From assembly GCF_009914755.1 (NCBI RefSeq), contig NC_060926.1: a DNA stretch of 64,000 nucleotides. One strand, written 5' to 3'. The translations under genes and the position numbers were made by a program. How positions within the stretch are numbered: position 1 is the first letter of the stretch; every line of letters begins with the position of its first letter. The DNA is from the human T2T-CHM13v2.0 reference genome, Homo sapiens. Below are positions 14,293-30,090 of the stretch, piece after piece. A model generated the notes under the pieces. The model did no database searches, was not told the DNA's origin, and saw only the letters and a list, made by a program, of their open reading frames with translations.

Positions 14293-15103
14293 TGAATTTC
14301 AAATGAAGAGCTTCATACATTTCACTGCCAAGAGCTACAATTTTCATTCTTTAAAGAAAATTTGCAGAAATACCCTCTGCTGCTGTCAGTTGAAAAATGG
14401 TGCTGTAAGAGCATTACACACAACTCTTGAGTTTTACTCTACCATTTACTGGGGCCACTTTAAAAAGCCATGAAGGATACATCTGAACTTGACTCCACTC
14501 TTCACCTAATCGACATTCTGCTAGCTATATGTCAAAACTTTAGTCTACCTTCTTAAATATTGCCCTCATAGTCTAATCTGGCAAACTTCCTCTTTAGATG
14601 TACCTATCTTACCTAACAATAAATATTTATTGAGTACCTATTAGGTATAAGCACTATGCCAGGCACTTGGAGAAAATTTATACTAATAAATTTTCAGGGA
14701 GTTTATAATCTAGCAGGAGACATTACACATATACAAATAATAACAATACAAGGCAATTTTTGGTAAGTACCATAAATACCATAGACAACTTTAGGATTTC
14801 TGTCATTTGCAACCAAAAAGAGTCCTGACCAATAAAGGGCATGTTTAGAAGACCTTACGGGAACAGGAGAATGTTTATATCTTGGAGAAATGGGCAGGGC
14901 TGTTCCAAGTGGACAGGCTGGATAATGGTGCTGAGGTAGAAAGTCTGAGGGTAGCAGTTCAGCATGGATGGAAAGTAAAGTGTGTAACAGAAAAGACAAA
15001 AGGGGAAAGGCCAGAGTGGGGCCAAGATAGTGAACACCTGAAATTTCATGTTTAAGGAGTATGCTATCTACCCCAATTCTACTGTATGGGTATTTCCTGC
15101 TAA

Positions 15104-15316
<213 letters not shown>

Positions 15317-15940
15317 TAGCTGGGACTACAGGTGTGTGCCACCACACCCGGCTAATTTTTGCATTTTTCTTAGAGACAGGGTTTCACTGTGTTGGTCAGG
15401 CTGGTCTTGAACTCCTGACCTCGTTATCCGCCCGTCTCGGCCTCCCAACGTGCTGGGATTACAGGTATAAGCCACTGCATCTGGCCCATTTTTGCTGGAT
15501 TCTAATAGCTATGAAGATCATAAACCAATAAAAAAACTTCTCTGGTAGAAAATGTTCCACACAATATTTATAGACTTTTTAGAGAGAATATTTCAAAATG
15601 CTCTAAAAACACACCTGCTGGAAGGACCTGCTAATATAAAAACATGTTTCCTGGAAAGTTACACCTGCCATTTAGGCTTTGTGTTGACATGTTCATTGCT
15701 GTAGCCTACACCTAACACGAGGCCTGGTGAATGGGATGTGCTCAATACCAATACACAGGCTGAATGAATGATATGATCACTAGATACCTGTAAAGGTCTA
15801 CTATTCCTATCTTTCCCAACTTATCTTCAAAGTCTCCATTTCAAGATTACCTACACAAGAGCACTGATGCAAATATGGATCATTTTGGAAAGTTCTGAAC
15901 TTCTATGTAACTTACAAACCCAGGGAAACAATATACTTAC

Positions 15941-16023
15941 TTTGTGACTCCATAGTCAATTCCAATTGTTGCCAGGTATTTAGACACGAATCTTTTCTCA
16001 CAGTATCGCTTTATAATACAGCT
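15941..16023 (-). CDS. DNAJC27: DNAJC27 exon 2 (SCIIKRYCEKRFVSKYLATIGIDYGVTK), switch I
   Basis: tttttag acceptor, GTAAGT donor, 83 nt, continues the frame from exon 1. Confidence 0.97.
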
Positions 16024-16266
16024 CTAAAAAGGTAAAAAATACAGGCATTTAGTAAATACATAGTGAGAACACATACAGAATAAGTATATTTCTTCATTAT
16101 GGTTCCTCCATTCATCACTATGAAAAAGCATTTTCAAAAGACAAAAGTGGCGGGGCGCGGTGGCTCACGCCTGTCATCTCAGCACTTTCAGAGGCCAAGG
16201 CGGGTGGATCACCTGAGGTCAGGAGTTCAAGATTAGCCTGGCCAACATGGCGAAACCCCGTCTCTA

Positions 16267-16428
<162 letters not shown>

Positions 16429-17605
16429 CTAAAAAAAAAAAAAAGACAAAACTATAAAATAACTGAAACAAGTGTTAAAAGATTTTAAGAAAAATTATTT
16501 TTAAATTCTTCCCTTATTACTAAATATGCATATGTTTTCAGTTGAGTTCTCAATCCTGTGCTCTTTTCTTCTGAAGATGTCTTCTATTCTTATGCTTTCA
16601 ACGATACCACCAAAATATCTGTCTAGCCTTGACCTCACTGCCAAGACCAGATCCACATCTCTAAATATCTATTAGATTAATTCCTTTTTTTTTTTTTTTT
16701 TGAGCCTAGGAGGAGAGGCTGCAGTGAGCCACGATGATGCCACTGCACTCCAGCCTGGGTGGCAGAGGGAGACCCTGTCTCAAAAAGAGAAAAAAAATTT
16801 CCTGTTAAATCAATTGAATTGGGTTTGTCCTACTTGCAGTAAAAAGTACTCACTTCACAGAGTATTGTACATACTTCTAGAGTTTGCTTTTCTCTCTTAA
16901 CAATAATAAATTATGGTTCCCAAGTTAACTTTAAAATAGCTCTACTCACTTTTTTATGGTTACACAATAGTCTGTGATATGCAAATATTCCCTCCATTTC
17001 ATTGCTTGCTAGTTACTTTGTCATTTGTTTTAATTTGCTGTTTGAGTCAATGATTATTTACTAAGGCATTCCTTAATTTTTAACTTTAAAATGCTTTACC
17101 TGTATATCATCCTATATTTTCCAAATCCTTTAAAATGAGTATGTGTTACTTTTACAACTAAGGCAAAATAATAAGTTTTTTTAAAAGTTACACTTAAATC
17201 TTTTATCCATCTAGAATTTATTTATTTATTTATTTATTTATTATTATTATTTTTTTTGTAGAGACGGGGTTTCACCATGTTGGCCAGGATGGTCTCGATC
17301 TGACCCCGTGAACCGCCCGCCTCGGTCTCCCAAAGTGCTGAGATTACAGGCGTGAGCCACTGTGTCCGGCCTAGAATTTATTTTTGAGAAAGGAATGTAA
17401 TAGGAATCCAACCTACTCTCAAATAGTAGACAGTTGTTACAACAATATTTACTAAATGGTCTCTATTTTCCCATAATTTTACTACATTTGTGTAAATTGA
17501 ATTTCCTTACGTATCTGGGTTTATTACTGGACTCTACTCTGTTCCACTGATGTCTCCATATTTCCTTCCCAATACCAATGGGAAAAGTTTGGTAGCTTAA
17601 AAAAA

Positions 17606-17974
<369 letters not shown>

Positions 17975-18116
17975 TCATGTTTTAACTTCCAATACCAAAC
18001 ACAAACTGGAGAACGTGATGATGTCAAGGCTCAGGTATCATGGCATAGTTTCCTATTTGTAAGATGGGGGTCTACTTTTATACATCACAGAAACCAACAT
18101 GGGAATGCATGCAAAG

Positions 18117-18207
18117 CTCTCATAGACATCCAAGGAAGGTTTACCGAACACTAAGGAAAATCTTTCTGGTGGAAACTGTGAACGTTGAAAAACCATCATC
18201 ACAGTGA
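18117..18207 (-). ncRNA. SNORD14: U14/SNORD14 box C/D snoRNA retrocopy with damaged box D
   Basis: TCACTGTGATGATGGTTTTTCAACGTTCACAGTTTCCACCAGAAAG...AAACCTTCCTTGGATGTCTATGAGA; box C GTGATGA 18196-18202; domain A-like and domain B 18S-antisense elements present; CTGA replaced by CTATGA. Confidence 0.93.
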
Positions 18208-18214
18208 AAAAAAA

Positions 18215-18508
18215 TTTTTTTTTTCTTTTTAGAGTCTCACTCTGTCGCCTAGGCTGGAGTGCAGTGGCACAATCTGGGCTTACTGCAACCTCCACCTCCC
18301 AGGTTCAAGGCAATTCTCCTGCCTCAGCTTCCTGAGTAGCTGGGACTACAAGCGTGCGCCACCATGCCTGGCTAATTTTTTGTATTTTAGTAGAGATGGG
18401 GTTTCACCATGTTGCCCAGGCTGGTCTCGAACTCCTGAGCTCAGGCAATCCACCTGCCTCTGCCTCCCAAAGTGCTAGAATTACAGGCGTGAGCCACTGC
18501 GCCCGGCC
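18215..18508 (-). mobile_element. AluS inserted directly against the 5' end of the U14 retrocopy
   Basis: Full Alu; tgaaaaa...atttt repeated on both sides. Confidence 0.9.
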
Positions 18509-19150
18509 TGAAAAATATTTTTAAATGGCTGATACAGTTGGTCTTCTTTCATTTCTTTTTTTTCCCCACAATTTTCTTTGTTGTTTTCACATTAATTTTT
18601 CATGAAGACTTTAGTAGTCTTGTATTATGTTCTGGGAAAAAAAAACCCTTATTGATGTTTTCACTGGAATTGAATTTCATTTGTAGGTTGAGTAATTCAC
18701 ATCTGTACAATATTGTGTAATCCCACGTAAGGAAAAAGTATATCTTTCCATTTGCCTAAGTAATTTATATCCCTTTGTAGAGTTTGAAACTTGTCTTCAT
18801 ATAGGTGCTGCCTATTTCATGTTAAGTTTAAACCTAGGAACTTTATTTTTGTTGTAACTGTAAATTAAAATTGTTTTTCAATTACACATTCCAACTGAAT
18901 ATAATTTGGACACAATAAAGTTATTAATTTGTGGGTAATAATTTTGCTTTATTGAATTTTTATAATGTTTCTAATAGTTTTTCAGTTATTTCTCTTTGGG
19001 TTTCCAGGTAAACAATCGTATTATTAGCAAATAATGTTAATTTTACCTTCTCTTTTCTAATATTTTTATATTCTCTTACTCTTGTCTAATTGCACTGGCT
19101 AATAAAACTAGAAAAATGTTAAGTAGATGTGGTGACACTGGGCATTCTGA

Positions 19151-19372
<222 letters not shown>

Positions 19373-20547
19373 TAGTAGAGACAGGATTTCACTATGCTGG
19401 TCTTGAACTCCTGACCTCAAGTGATCCGCCCGCCTCGTCCTCCCAAAGTGCTGATGTATTACAGGCCTGAGCTAGCGTGCCCAGTCCCTAGAAAAAAAAA
19501 AACACCTCGTACACAGCTGACGTTCAAAAAAATGTTGACTTTCAGTGAATACTATGCTAGCACATACACACAAAAGTAGTACGGGATCATGCTACACAGA
19601 AATAAAAAACACTAAGTAAACATTTACTGAGCATCTCCTGGGTGCCAGGCACTGGACTAGGCACTGCCTTAACAGCTCTTTCGGAGTTGATTTTGAACGC
19701 ATACAACGACGGAAAGAGCACCGCAGTGGGAATGTGAAGACTTAGGTTCTAATCTTTCCTCGGTCACTGATTTGATGACCTTGGGAAGTTCTTAACCAAC
19801 AGATTCCACTTGCCCAAAAGGAAAGAATTTGAGTGAAGAGGAGGCCGTCTTGGAATTCATAAGGGAAAAGGCCTCAGGTTACCTCTGGCCTTCCCTCCCC
19901 ACGTACTAAAGGAGAGTTTATAGCTGATGAACCACAGATGGGGCAGAGAGAAGGGCGGTGGAACTAACAGATATGGGGACACCACCAGAAATAAAACACA
20001 ACGCAAAACAAAACAGCGCGGACCCCGGCCATCCCTTGCACCTCCCCTGTGAAACACGTCAACGTCAGTTACGCTCTCTCGTGACGGGAATGCAGAATCT
20101 GGGCTGCCGGGCACCATTTCGCGAACCCCAAATTCTCACACGCACCCCATAACGTTCCGCCGGCTCCCAGGCCCGGCTGGGGGAACTAAACTTTCATCCT
20201 CCATCTCCCGGTCCCGGACGGCCCCCTAGAACGCGGGCAAGGTATCTAGGCCGACGGCCCCTCATGGGGACCCAGGCCTTCTTACTCTTTTGGGGGTACA
20301 TTCAAGGCTTAGAGGCCACCCCAGACACCATCTCCGGAAGAGTGACGTCGGAGGACGAGGGGGCAACGGAAAGGTCAAAAAGGTCGGGGAGTTTCGTTCG
20401 CGGAGCCGCACCCCTCGGCTGAGACCCGGGCCTGCTCGGGGGCGGAGAGGAGGCCGGGCCCCAGGCTGTTGAGTGGCCGCCCTTCCAGCCAATGGACACG
20501 TCGCCCCGCCACGCTGGGGCCCGCCCCTCCCGGCTCGCTGTACTCAC

Positions 20548-20634
20548 TTTCCCCACTTCGGCGTTGCCCATGGAGATGACTTTGATGCGGAGAGACCTGC
20601 CAGGCTCCTTCCGCTTCGGCATGTTGGCCTCCAT
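20548..20634 (-). CDS. DNAJC27: DNAJC27 coding exon 1 (MEANMPKRKEPGRSLRIKVISMGNAEVGK), G1/P-loop
   Basis: ATG at 20634 in GCCATGG context; 87 nt; donor AAA|GTGAGT at 20547; protein recognised as RBJ/DNAJC27. Confidence 0.97.
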
Positions 20635-20695
20635 GGCCCTGGCTCTCTCGGGGCCACCCGCCTCGGTCTCTTCTTGTGCACCGCTGGCCCGTCCC

Positions 20696-20761
20696 TCAGG
20701 CCTCCTCGTCCAATGGCGGAGCCGCTGCTCTCGTCACCGCCTCGCCTCCGCTGCTCGCCAT
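20696..20761 (-). other. Candidate upstream ORF in the DNAJC27 5' leader (MASSGGEAVTRAAAPPLDEEA*)
   Basis: GCGGGG ATG G strong Kozak; TGA ends 61 nt before the main ATG; requires a TSS above 20761. Confidence 0.5.
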
Positions 20762-20869
20762 CCCCGCCGCTGCCTGGCAGCAGGCGCGGGCGGTTGGGAG
20801 CGTGGGGAGCCGGGGGAGGGAGACGGGAGTCTCGCGATGCTAGCGCGGGGCTGCTGACGTCATCTGCAG

Positions 20870-20962
20870 GCCCTGGAGACGCGACTGCAGTTACCGAGTT
20901 TCTAAGGCCTCGTCCCCTGACGGGAAGGCGGCGTTGGGGGGCGGCTGGGTTTACCCTTCGAG
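20870..20962 (+). ncRNA. DNAJC27-AS1: Probable first exon of the divergent lncRNA (5' end approximate)
   Basis: Strong donor GAG|GTGAGC at 20962/20963 just beyond the CRE, head-to-head with DNAJC27; symbol from knowledge of the locus, exon structure inferred. Confidence 0.55.
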
Positions 20963-22210
20963 GTGAGCGCGTCCTTGTTTTCAGGGACGCCCGGACGGGA
21001 GGCGTTTGTTGCTTTCGCAGCCGAGTGGTGGAAATGTATTGGCTCTTCAGGGCGGGTCTGGTAGTGTCTCGTCCGTTTGGGAGTGTTTTTTTTTTTTTCT
21101 GGATTCTTTTTCGGTTCCATGGGCCGGGCTGCTGCTCCTCTTCCCCCTCCAATATTTTGTTCCCCTTGCTCGAGATCCCCGAGAGGCAGACCCCAAAGCC
21201 AGGAAAGTGGGGAGGTCGGAACCCTGGTTCTGGAAGAGGGCCTTGGGCAAGGCGTGAAGCGATTCTGAATCTGGTTCCTATTGTTTTTTATTTTAAATGG
21301 AGTTGTCTATTTGGAGTCAAGGCAAGAGTGTTTAGTCTTGGCCCTCCTATTACAGATCTCTGATGGATTTGTTGACTCCTCTGTGGGAGAAAGGCTTGGT
21401 CTACTGCAGGTGTTAACGCTAAGCCAGGCTGGAGCTGTGGACGTCAGTTTCCTCAGCTCCCCGCTGTTCGCTTCGAACGTGACCTCGACGTCTGCTCTCC
21501 CCTTCCCTTTAGCTGACAATGTGACAGTGCTTGAATAAAAGTCAGTCTGACAGGAACGGTAATTTTTTTTCAGTGAATATCTTCAGTTACAGAAGATAAA
21601 TAGAACTTGACAATGATTATTTATAGTGCCCTGAAAAAAAATGGCTGCCAATTTCCCTGTATATTACAAAGACAAAAGTAGCATTGCTTCTTTTCTCACC
21701 TAACTTTAAACATCTTAAGGGAAGTGCATTACAGGAAGGCAATGAGCAAAGGCTCAACATTTCACAGTAAAGTCAGATTTTCCACATTTTAATTTTAAAA
21801 TGTGTTTTTTAAACATTAAGTTTTTTTTAAGACAAGTTTATTCTGGATTGTTTTGATAATCAAATAATATAACTTAATTCACTGAAGCTTCTAAAATTAT
21901 TTACAAATATGAAATATAAGTCCTGGTTAGAATTTGGATAGTTTTAAAGCTTAAAAGAATCCACATGCTAACTTCTCAGTATGATTTAATAAATCAAATT
22001 ACTAAACATGTAATTTCTTCGACAGTTCACCTTTGGCCCTGTAATAGGGTAACTGGTATTGTGGAAGAATAATTATAAAATGTCAAATCTTCAGCTGTTA
22101 TGATTGATTAAGTATGGTGCTGTTGAGACTAAGCAGTAAAACATGCCACAGATTTAAATTGATTACTATTTTTTTCATATTGATGGGGTTTTTTTTGTTT
22201 TTGTTTTTGA

Positions 22211-22522
<312 letters not shown>

Positions 22523-23104
22523 TAGCTACATTTTCTACTGTGTGTATTAAATTAGTTTGGAATCGAAAGAGCAAGAAAGTTGTTTTTTTTCCCCCACTCT
22601 TTGAATATAAAAAAATAAAAATCAGCACGAGTTAGCTGCTTTTTCCATAGTATGGACCTGGGAGGTATAGTGTGAGCATGGATTCTGGAGCCAGCCCGAT
22701 ACACTTAATCTTGGCATATGTTGTAGGCATGAGGTGGTGATAAGGATTGTAGGAGATAATGCACAGGAAGTACGTAGTAGTCTCCCAGCAAACAGCAGCC
22801 ACATGCTCTCATTTGCTCATACTTTTTTATGTGTTAAGAAAAATCCTACATCTTTTTAATGTGTATTTTTAGAAAGTAAATTATGAAATATTTTGGACAT
22901 ACTTAAAGGTATAAAGTATAATGGAATGAATAGCCATGTATCCCCCACCCAATTTAAGAAATAAAATATCACCACTGGGCATGGTAGCCCACCCCATAAT
23001 CCCAGCACCTTGGGAGGCCAAGGCCAGTGGATCATTTGAGCCCAGGAGTTTGAGATCAGCCTGGGCAACATGGCAGAACCCTGTCTCTATGAAAAAAAAA
23101 GTTA

Positions 23105-23276
<172 letters not shown>

Positions 23277-23854
23277 TCACTGATACTGTGCGTAGCCTTT
23301 CCCAATACATCCCTCTTCCCTCTCTACAAACAGTTGCAACAATCTGAATGCTGCTTTAATTTCCAGGCATTTAAAATTGTTTTACTATATATGAATATAT
23401 ACCTTAAAATGTAGTATTGCATTTCATCTTTCAAAACTGTTTTGAAATAATTTTACACAGAAAATTTCAAGAATGAGACCAAAAAATCTTGTCTACCCTT
23501 TATCCAAATTCATCAGTTGTTAACATTTTGTCCCATTTTTTCTATCACTTGTGCTATCTATATGTACATGTATACTCAAATGTTTCTGAGTAGTTTGAGG
23601 TTTATTTGCAGACATTTTAATAGATAGATATACATAGATAGATATAAACACAGGCCCAGCTGGGTGGCTCACACCTATAATCCCAGCACTTTGGGATGCC
23701 AAGACGGGTAGATCACTTGAGGTTAGGAGTTCGAGACCAGCCTTGCCAACATGGTGAAACCCCATCTGTACTAAAAATACAAAAATTAGCCAGATGTGGT
23801 GGCAGGCACCTGTAATCCCAGTGACTTGGGAGGCTGAGGCAGGAGAATTGCTCA

Positions 23855-23950
23855 AAAATATATATAAAGACATATATAATATATACACATATATATATAG
23901 TGTGTATATATACATATATGAATATATGTCATACTTACCTATATATGTAT
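23855..23950. repeat. (TA)n-rich low-complexity tract between two opposed Alu fragments
   Basis: Read directly. Confidence 0.8.
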
Positions 23951-24510
23951 TTCTTTTTTTTTAGAGAAGGAGTCTCACTGTGTTGCCCAGGCTGGTTTTG
24001 AACTCCTGGGCTCAAGCAGTCCTCCTGCCTCAGCCTCCCAAAGTGCTGAGATTATAGGCATGAGCCAATGTGCCCAGCCAGCTTGTTTCTTTATCCATAA
24101 ATAATGTGTGTTTCCTCAGAAGGACTTTCTTCTACATGGCAACAGTGATTTATCAAAATCAGAAAATGCAGCATTTATACAGCACTATTATAAAATCCTG
24201 TGGTTTGAATCAAACTGTACACTGAGGTACCTCACATCCCCACAGTAAATCCACGGGGGGATATCTGTGGAATAGCTTGCATTCTAAATTTTCAAGGCAA
24301 ACAAAATGAAATCTAAATGACTGTACAAAACTACTAGCTTGAAGTTGTTTACAGTTTCAACAATAGATGGCGCCAAATTCCTTGGCTATGTCATGTCTTG
24401 GGGCATCTAGGCTTTCCAGTTGGTTGTGATGAAAAGTGAGTACACTGGGCCGGGCGCAGTGGCTCACGCCTGTAATCCCAGCACTCTGGGAGGCCGAGGC
24501 GGGCGGATCA

Positions 24511-24804
<294 letters not shown>

Positions 24805-25194
24805 CTAATTCACAGTTAACACTCAAATTTCACCATTTGTCCCAATAATATTCTTTATAGCTGTGTTTGACTTGGTCAACTGGTCTAGGATCTAATCTAG
24901 GATCATTTAGTTACATATCTTTAGTCTTTAAGCTGGAATGGTTCCTCAGCTTTTCTTTTTCTTTCAAAATGACGGTTATTTTTAGAATATTCCTCAATTT
25001 GTGTTTGTTTGTGTATTCTTGAAATTAGAGTCAGTTATGTTATATTTGGCTGGAATACCACAGAAAAGATGTTATGGGCCAGGTGCGGTGGCTCATACCT
25101 GTAATCCCAGCACTTTGGGAGGCCAAGGTGAGCAGATTACCTGAGGTCAGGAGTTCGAGAGCAGCCTGGCCGACATGGTGAAGCCGTGTCTCTA

Positions 25195-25374
<180 letters not shown>

Positions 25375-25892
25375 CTATGTCCTTTTTGGGCAGCATATCA
25401 GTTGGGATGCCAATTTTTTCCATTTATTAATGATGCTTACTTTAGTTCATTGGTTAAGGTGGGGTTCATGAAGCTGATCTACAGTAAAGTGACTTTTCCC
25501 TTTGTAATAAGTAGTTTTTAAAGGGATACTTGGAGATTATATGGCTATCCTTTCTTCACTGAACTTTCACCCACAAATTTTTAGAATCCAGTGATTACTT
25601 ATGGCTGAAGAGATTATTACTATGATGGACGCAAAATGCTGATTTTCCAACTCCATCATTCCATTTATATTTATTACTTGGTATTCTACCATAAGGGAAA
25701 GCTTTCCTTTCTCATTCATTCATTTGTATCAGTATGGCCTTGTATATGCTTATTTTACTCCATGAATATTATTATTTATTTTGATACTCAGGTTGGCTCG
25801 TATGTCCTTTTGATGTCTTCACCTTTGTTGTTGTTGTTGTTTCTGTGTTTGTTTAGCACTTTCTTACTTTTTTTTTTTTAAATTTTTTTTAG

Positions 25893-25997
<105 letters not shown>

Positions 25998-28122
25998 TGA
26001 GTAGCTGGGATTACAGGCGCATGCCGCCAGGCTTGGCTAATTTTTTGTATTTTAGTAGAGATGGGGTTTCCCAGGCTGGTCTCGAACTCCTGAGCTCAGG
26101 CAATCCACCCGCCTCAGCCTCCCAAAGTGCTAGGATTACAGGCTTGAGCCACCATGCCCAGTCACTTTCTTACTTTCTTAGCACAGCAACAAGCCCTGCT
26201 TCCAAGGATCCTTTTAATGGAGGATGGTATTTAGAAACCAAGATCTGGGTGCTAGGTGTTCTCAGTAGTACTAGAGTGTCTTTGCTTTTGGACCTTTCAG
26301 TTGATTGAGCCAAAAAAAGAGATATATGTACATATATACATGCATCTGAATCCATTTATTAAAGTATAGTTTATATGGATAATACCAATGCATTTTAGCA
26401 TAACAGGATTTGTTCTAGTCTTCCCCCTTTCCATAATTATGACTTCCTGCTTCAACAGTGAGAAACTTGGCTCCTTTTATCCTCAGTATATTTACTCATT
26501 TGCTCAATCCTACACTACATAGGAAGTAGTTTCAGAGTTGCTAACCCATACCATTTTAAAAAACAAAAGCCCTTTGAACTAGAGTTCAGTATTTGTTTAT
26601 GACTTTTTGTCCAAAACTGACAAATACAGTTTGTCATATAGTATAAGTATTGTGTTCAAACGTTAGTTGGGTTAATCCTTTTTTTTCCTTCTTCAGTGTG
26701 GTTATGGTTTGCATTCGAAATACAATTAAGCTCATTTGTTTCTTTAGTATTGTAGCTTCAGTTTTTTGCCCCTCATGATTAGTGACTTTATTAACGTTTT
26801 TGGGTATGTAAAACATTAACAGATTCAAAGTTAAAGCAATACAATCAGTATACCCACATGAGTGTCACTTTCACCCTTCATTCCAATCCTTTTCACCACT
26901 TCCCACCTACCTGCTGTGGGCAACCAATCACATAGACTGTGATTTACTCCTTCCTGTGTTTCTTTTTATAGAAAATAGACAGTTACATGTATATTTTCTC
27001 ATTTCTCTTTATGACACAAAAAAGTAACATTGTATGTGTGTGCACAATTTTGAAATTTGCTTTTACACTTAATATATTCTGGAAAGGACCACATGCTATT
27101 TCACTATTATGTAAAAAAAGATCATACTCCTTTTTTATAGCTACACAGCACAGTATCCCATTGTGTGTATATACATTTTTTTTCAGTTAATATATTTAGG
27201 GGCATTTATGTATTTTTGTACTATTATGGGTATGTCTTCAAGGTAAAATTCTTTAAAAAATGGAATTACTGGGTCAAAGGTAAATGTAAATTTACTTTTA
27301 TTATATATTGCCAAATTCTGTAAGGTAACTTTTTGAGAATTTTTGCATTAATATTCTTAAGTAATGTTGGAAGTAAGTAATATTATTAAGTAATACTAAA
27401 GTAATTTTATGCTACCTTTGCCTTGTTTAGATACTAATGTTATACTTGCATCATAGGCTAGGTGCTGTGGCTCATGTCTGTAATCCCAGCACTTTCATAA
27501 GTGGAAGTGGGAGGATCTGTTGAGGCCGGGAGATCAAGACCAGCCCTGGCAACATAGTGAGACCTTGTCTCTATAAAAATAAAGACTCAGGCAGGAGAAT
27601 CACTTGAGCCCAGGAGTTCAAGGTTACAGTGAACTATGATCTCACTGCTGCACTCCAGCCTGGGTGACAGACCAAGACCTTGTCCCTCAAAATCCCACCA
27701 ACACACACATAGTTGACAGTTTTAAAAAATGTTTCTATGCTCTGGAATAATTTATCTGACAAAATTTATTTTTTATTTTTTTTTCAGAGACGGGGCTTCG
27801 CCATCTTTCCCAGGCTGGTCTCAAACTCCTGAGCTCAAGTGACCCTCCTGCCTTGGCCTCCCAGAGTGCTGGGATTACAGGCATGAGCAATGGTGCCTGG
27901 CCCAAAATTCATACATTAGCAAAAGTAGGGAGAATAAAGTAATGAACACTCATTTTCCACCTTCAGCAATATCAACGTGGATCAATCTTGTTTCATCTAT
28001 ACCCCAGATTATTTTGGGGCAAACTATAAATATAGTTATACTATAACTATCCATATCTTATTATGTACTTTAGAAGGTGAAGCTCTTAAAATACAGACAT
28101 AAATGAAATCTAACTGGCATAC

Positions 28123-29320
<1,198 letters not shown>

Positions 29321-30090
29321 CATACTGAAAAGTTGGTAGTAATTCCTCTCAGTGACCAAGTTTTTGTGGGAAAGTTTTTAACTACAAATTCAATTTTTTA
29401 AGGAGTTCTGCTTCCAGTATGGTAGTGTAAACCCTTTCAGATAATTCTCCCACTGATTAAAAAACAATAACAGGGCTGGGCGTGGTAGCTCATGCCTGTA
29501 ATTCCAGCACTTTGGGAGGCCAAGGCAGGCAGATCACTTGAGGCCAGGAGTTCGAGACCAGCCTGCACAACATGACAAAACCCCATCTGTACTAAAAATA
29601 CAAAAATCAGCTGGGTTTGGTGGTACACACCTGTACTCCTAGCGACTTGGGAGGCTGAGGTGGGAGGATTGGTTGAATCCAAGAGCCAGAGATTGCAATG
29701 AGCCGAGATCATGCCATCACACTCCAATCTGGGTAACACAGTGAGACTCTTCCTCAAGAAAGAAAAAAAGAGAGAGAGAAGAAGGAGGGGGAGCGGGGAG
29801 AGGGAGGGAGGGAGGGAAGAGAGGAAAGGAAGGAAAAAACTACTGGGAGATTCTGAAGAGTAACAGAAACCAGGCAAATGGTAGAGGGGAGTGGAAATCT
29901 TGGAGAAGCACCTGGCATGGGGATGAGTCTCTCCTAAGCAATGTAAGAACCTTAGAACCCTGACTCTGCTGAGCCTTCCGACCTTCCTTATTAGGGGTAG
30001 AGGGTCTTAGTTTGGAGTCTGTGAGCATGGATATTGTGCTTCCATGTTCATATCCATGTATTCATCCTACTACAGACTATCCCAAAAAGT

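Larger units (their letters stand above)
19990..21200. promoter_or_regulatory. CpG-island bidirectional promoter of DNAJC27 / DNAJC27-AS1
   Basis: Abrupt GC and CpG enrichment; full CRE TGACGTCA 20855-20862; TCTCGCGA 20830-20837 (BANP/ZBTB33-type core); CCAAT 20489-20493 and 20710-20714; GC box CCCGCCCC ~20520; ETS CCGGAAG 20334-20340 next to TGACGTC 20343-20349. Confidence 0.9.

Noticed and set aside
18015-18035. Plus-strand GTGATGA resembling a second snoRNA box C
   Set aside because: Opposite strand to the retrocopy; no terminal stem or matching box D found
20473-21363. 296-aa plus-strand ORF and 202-aa minus-strand ORF across the promoter
   Set aside because: Pro/Arg/Gly-rich frames expected in stop-poor CpG islands; no recognisable domain; the plus frame begins at a non-ATG codon
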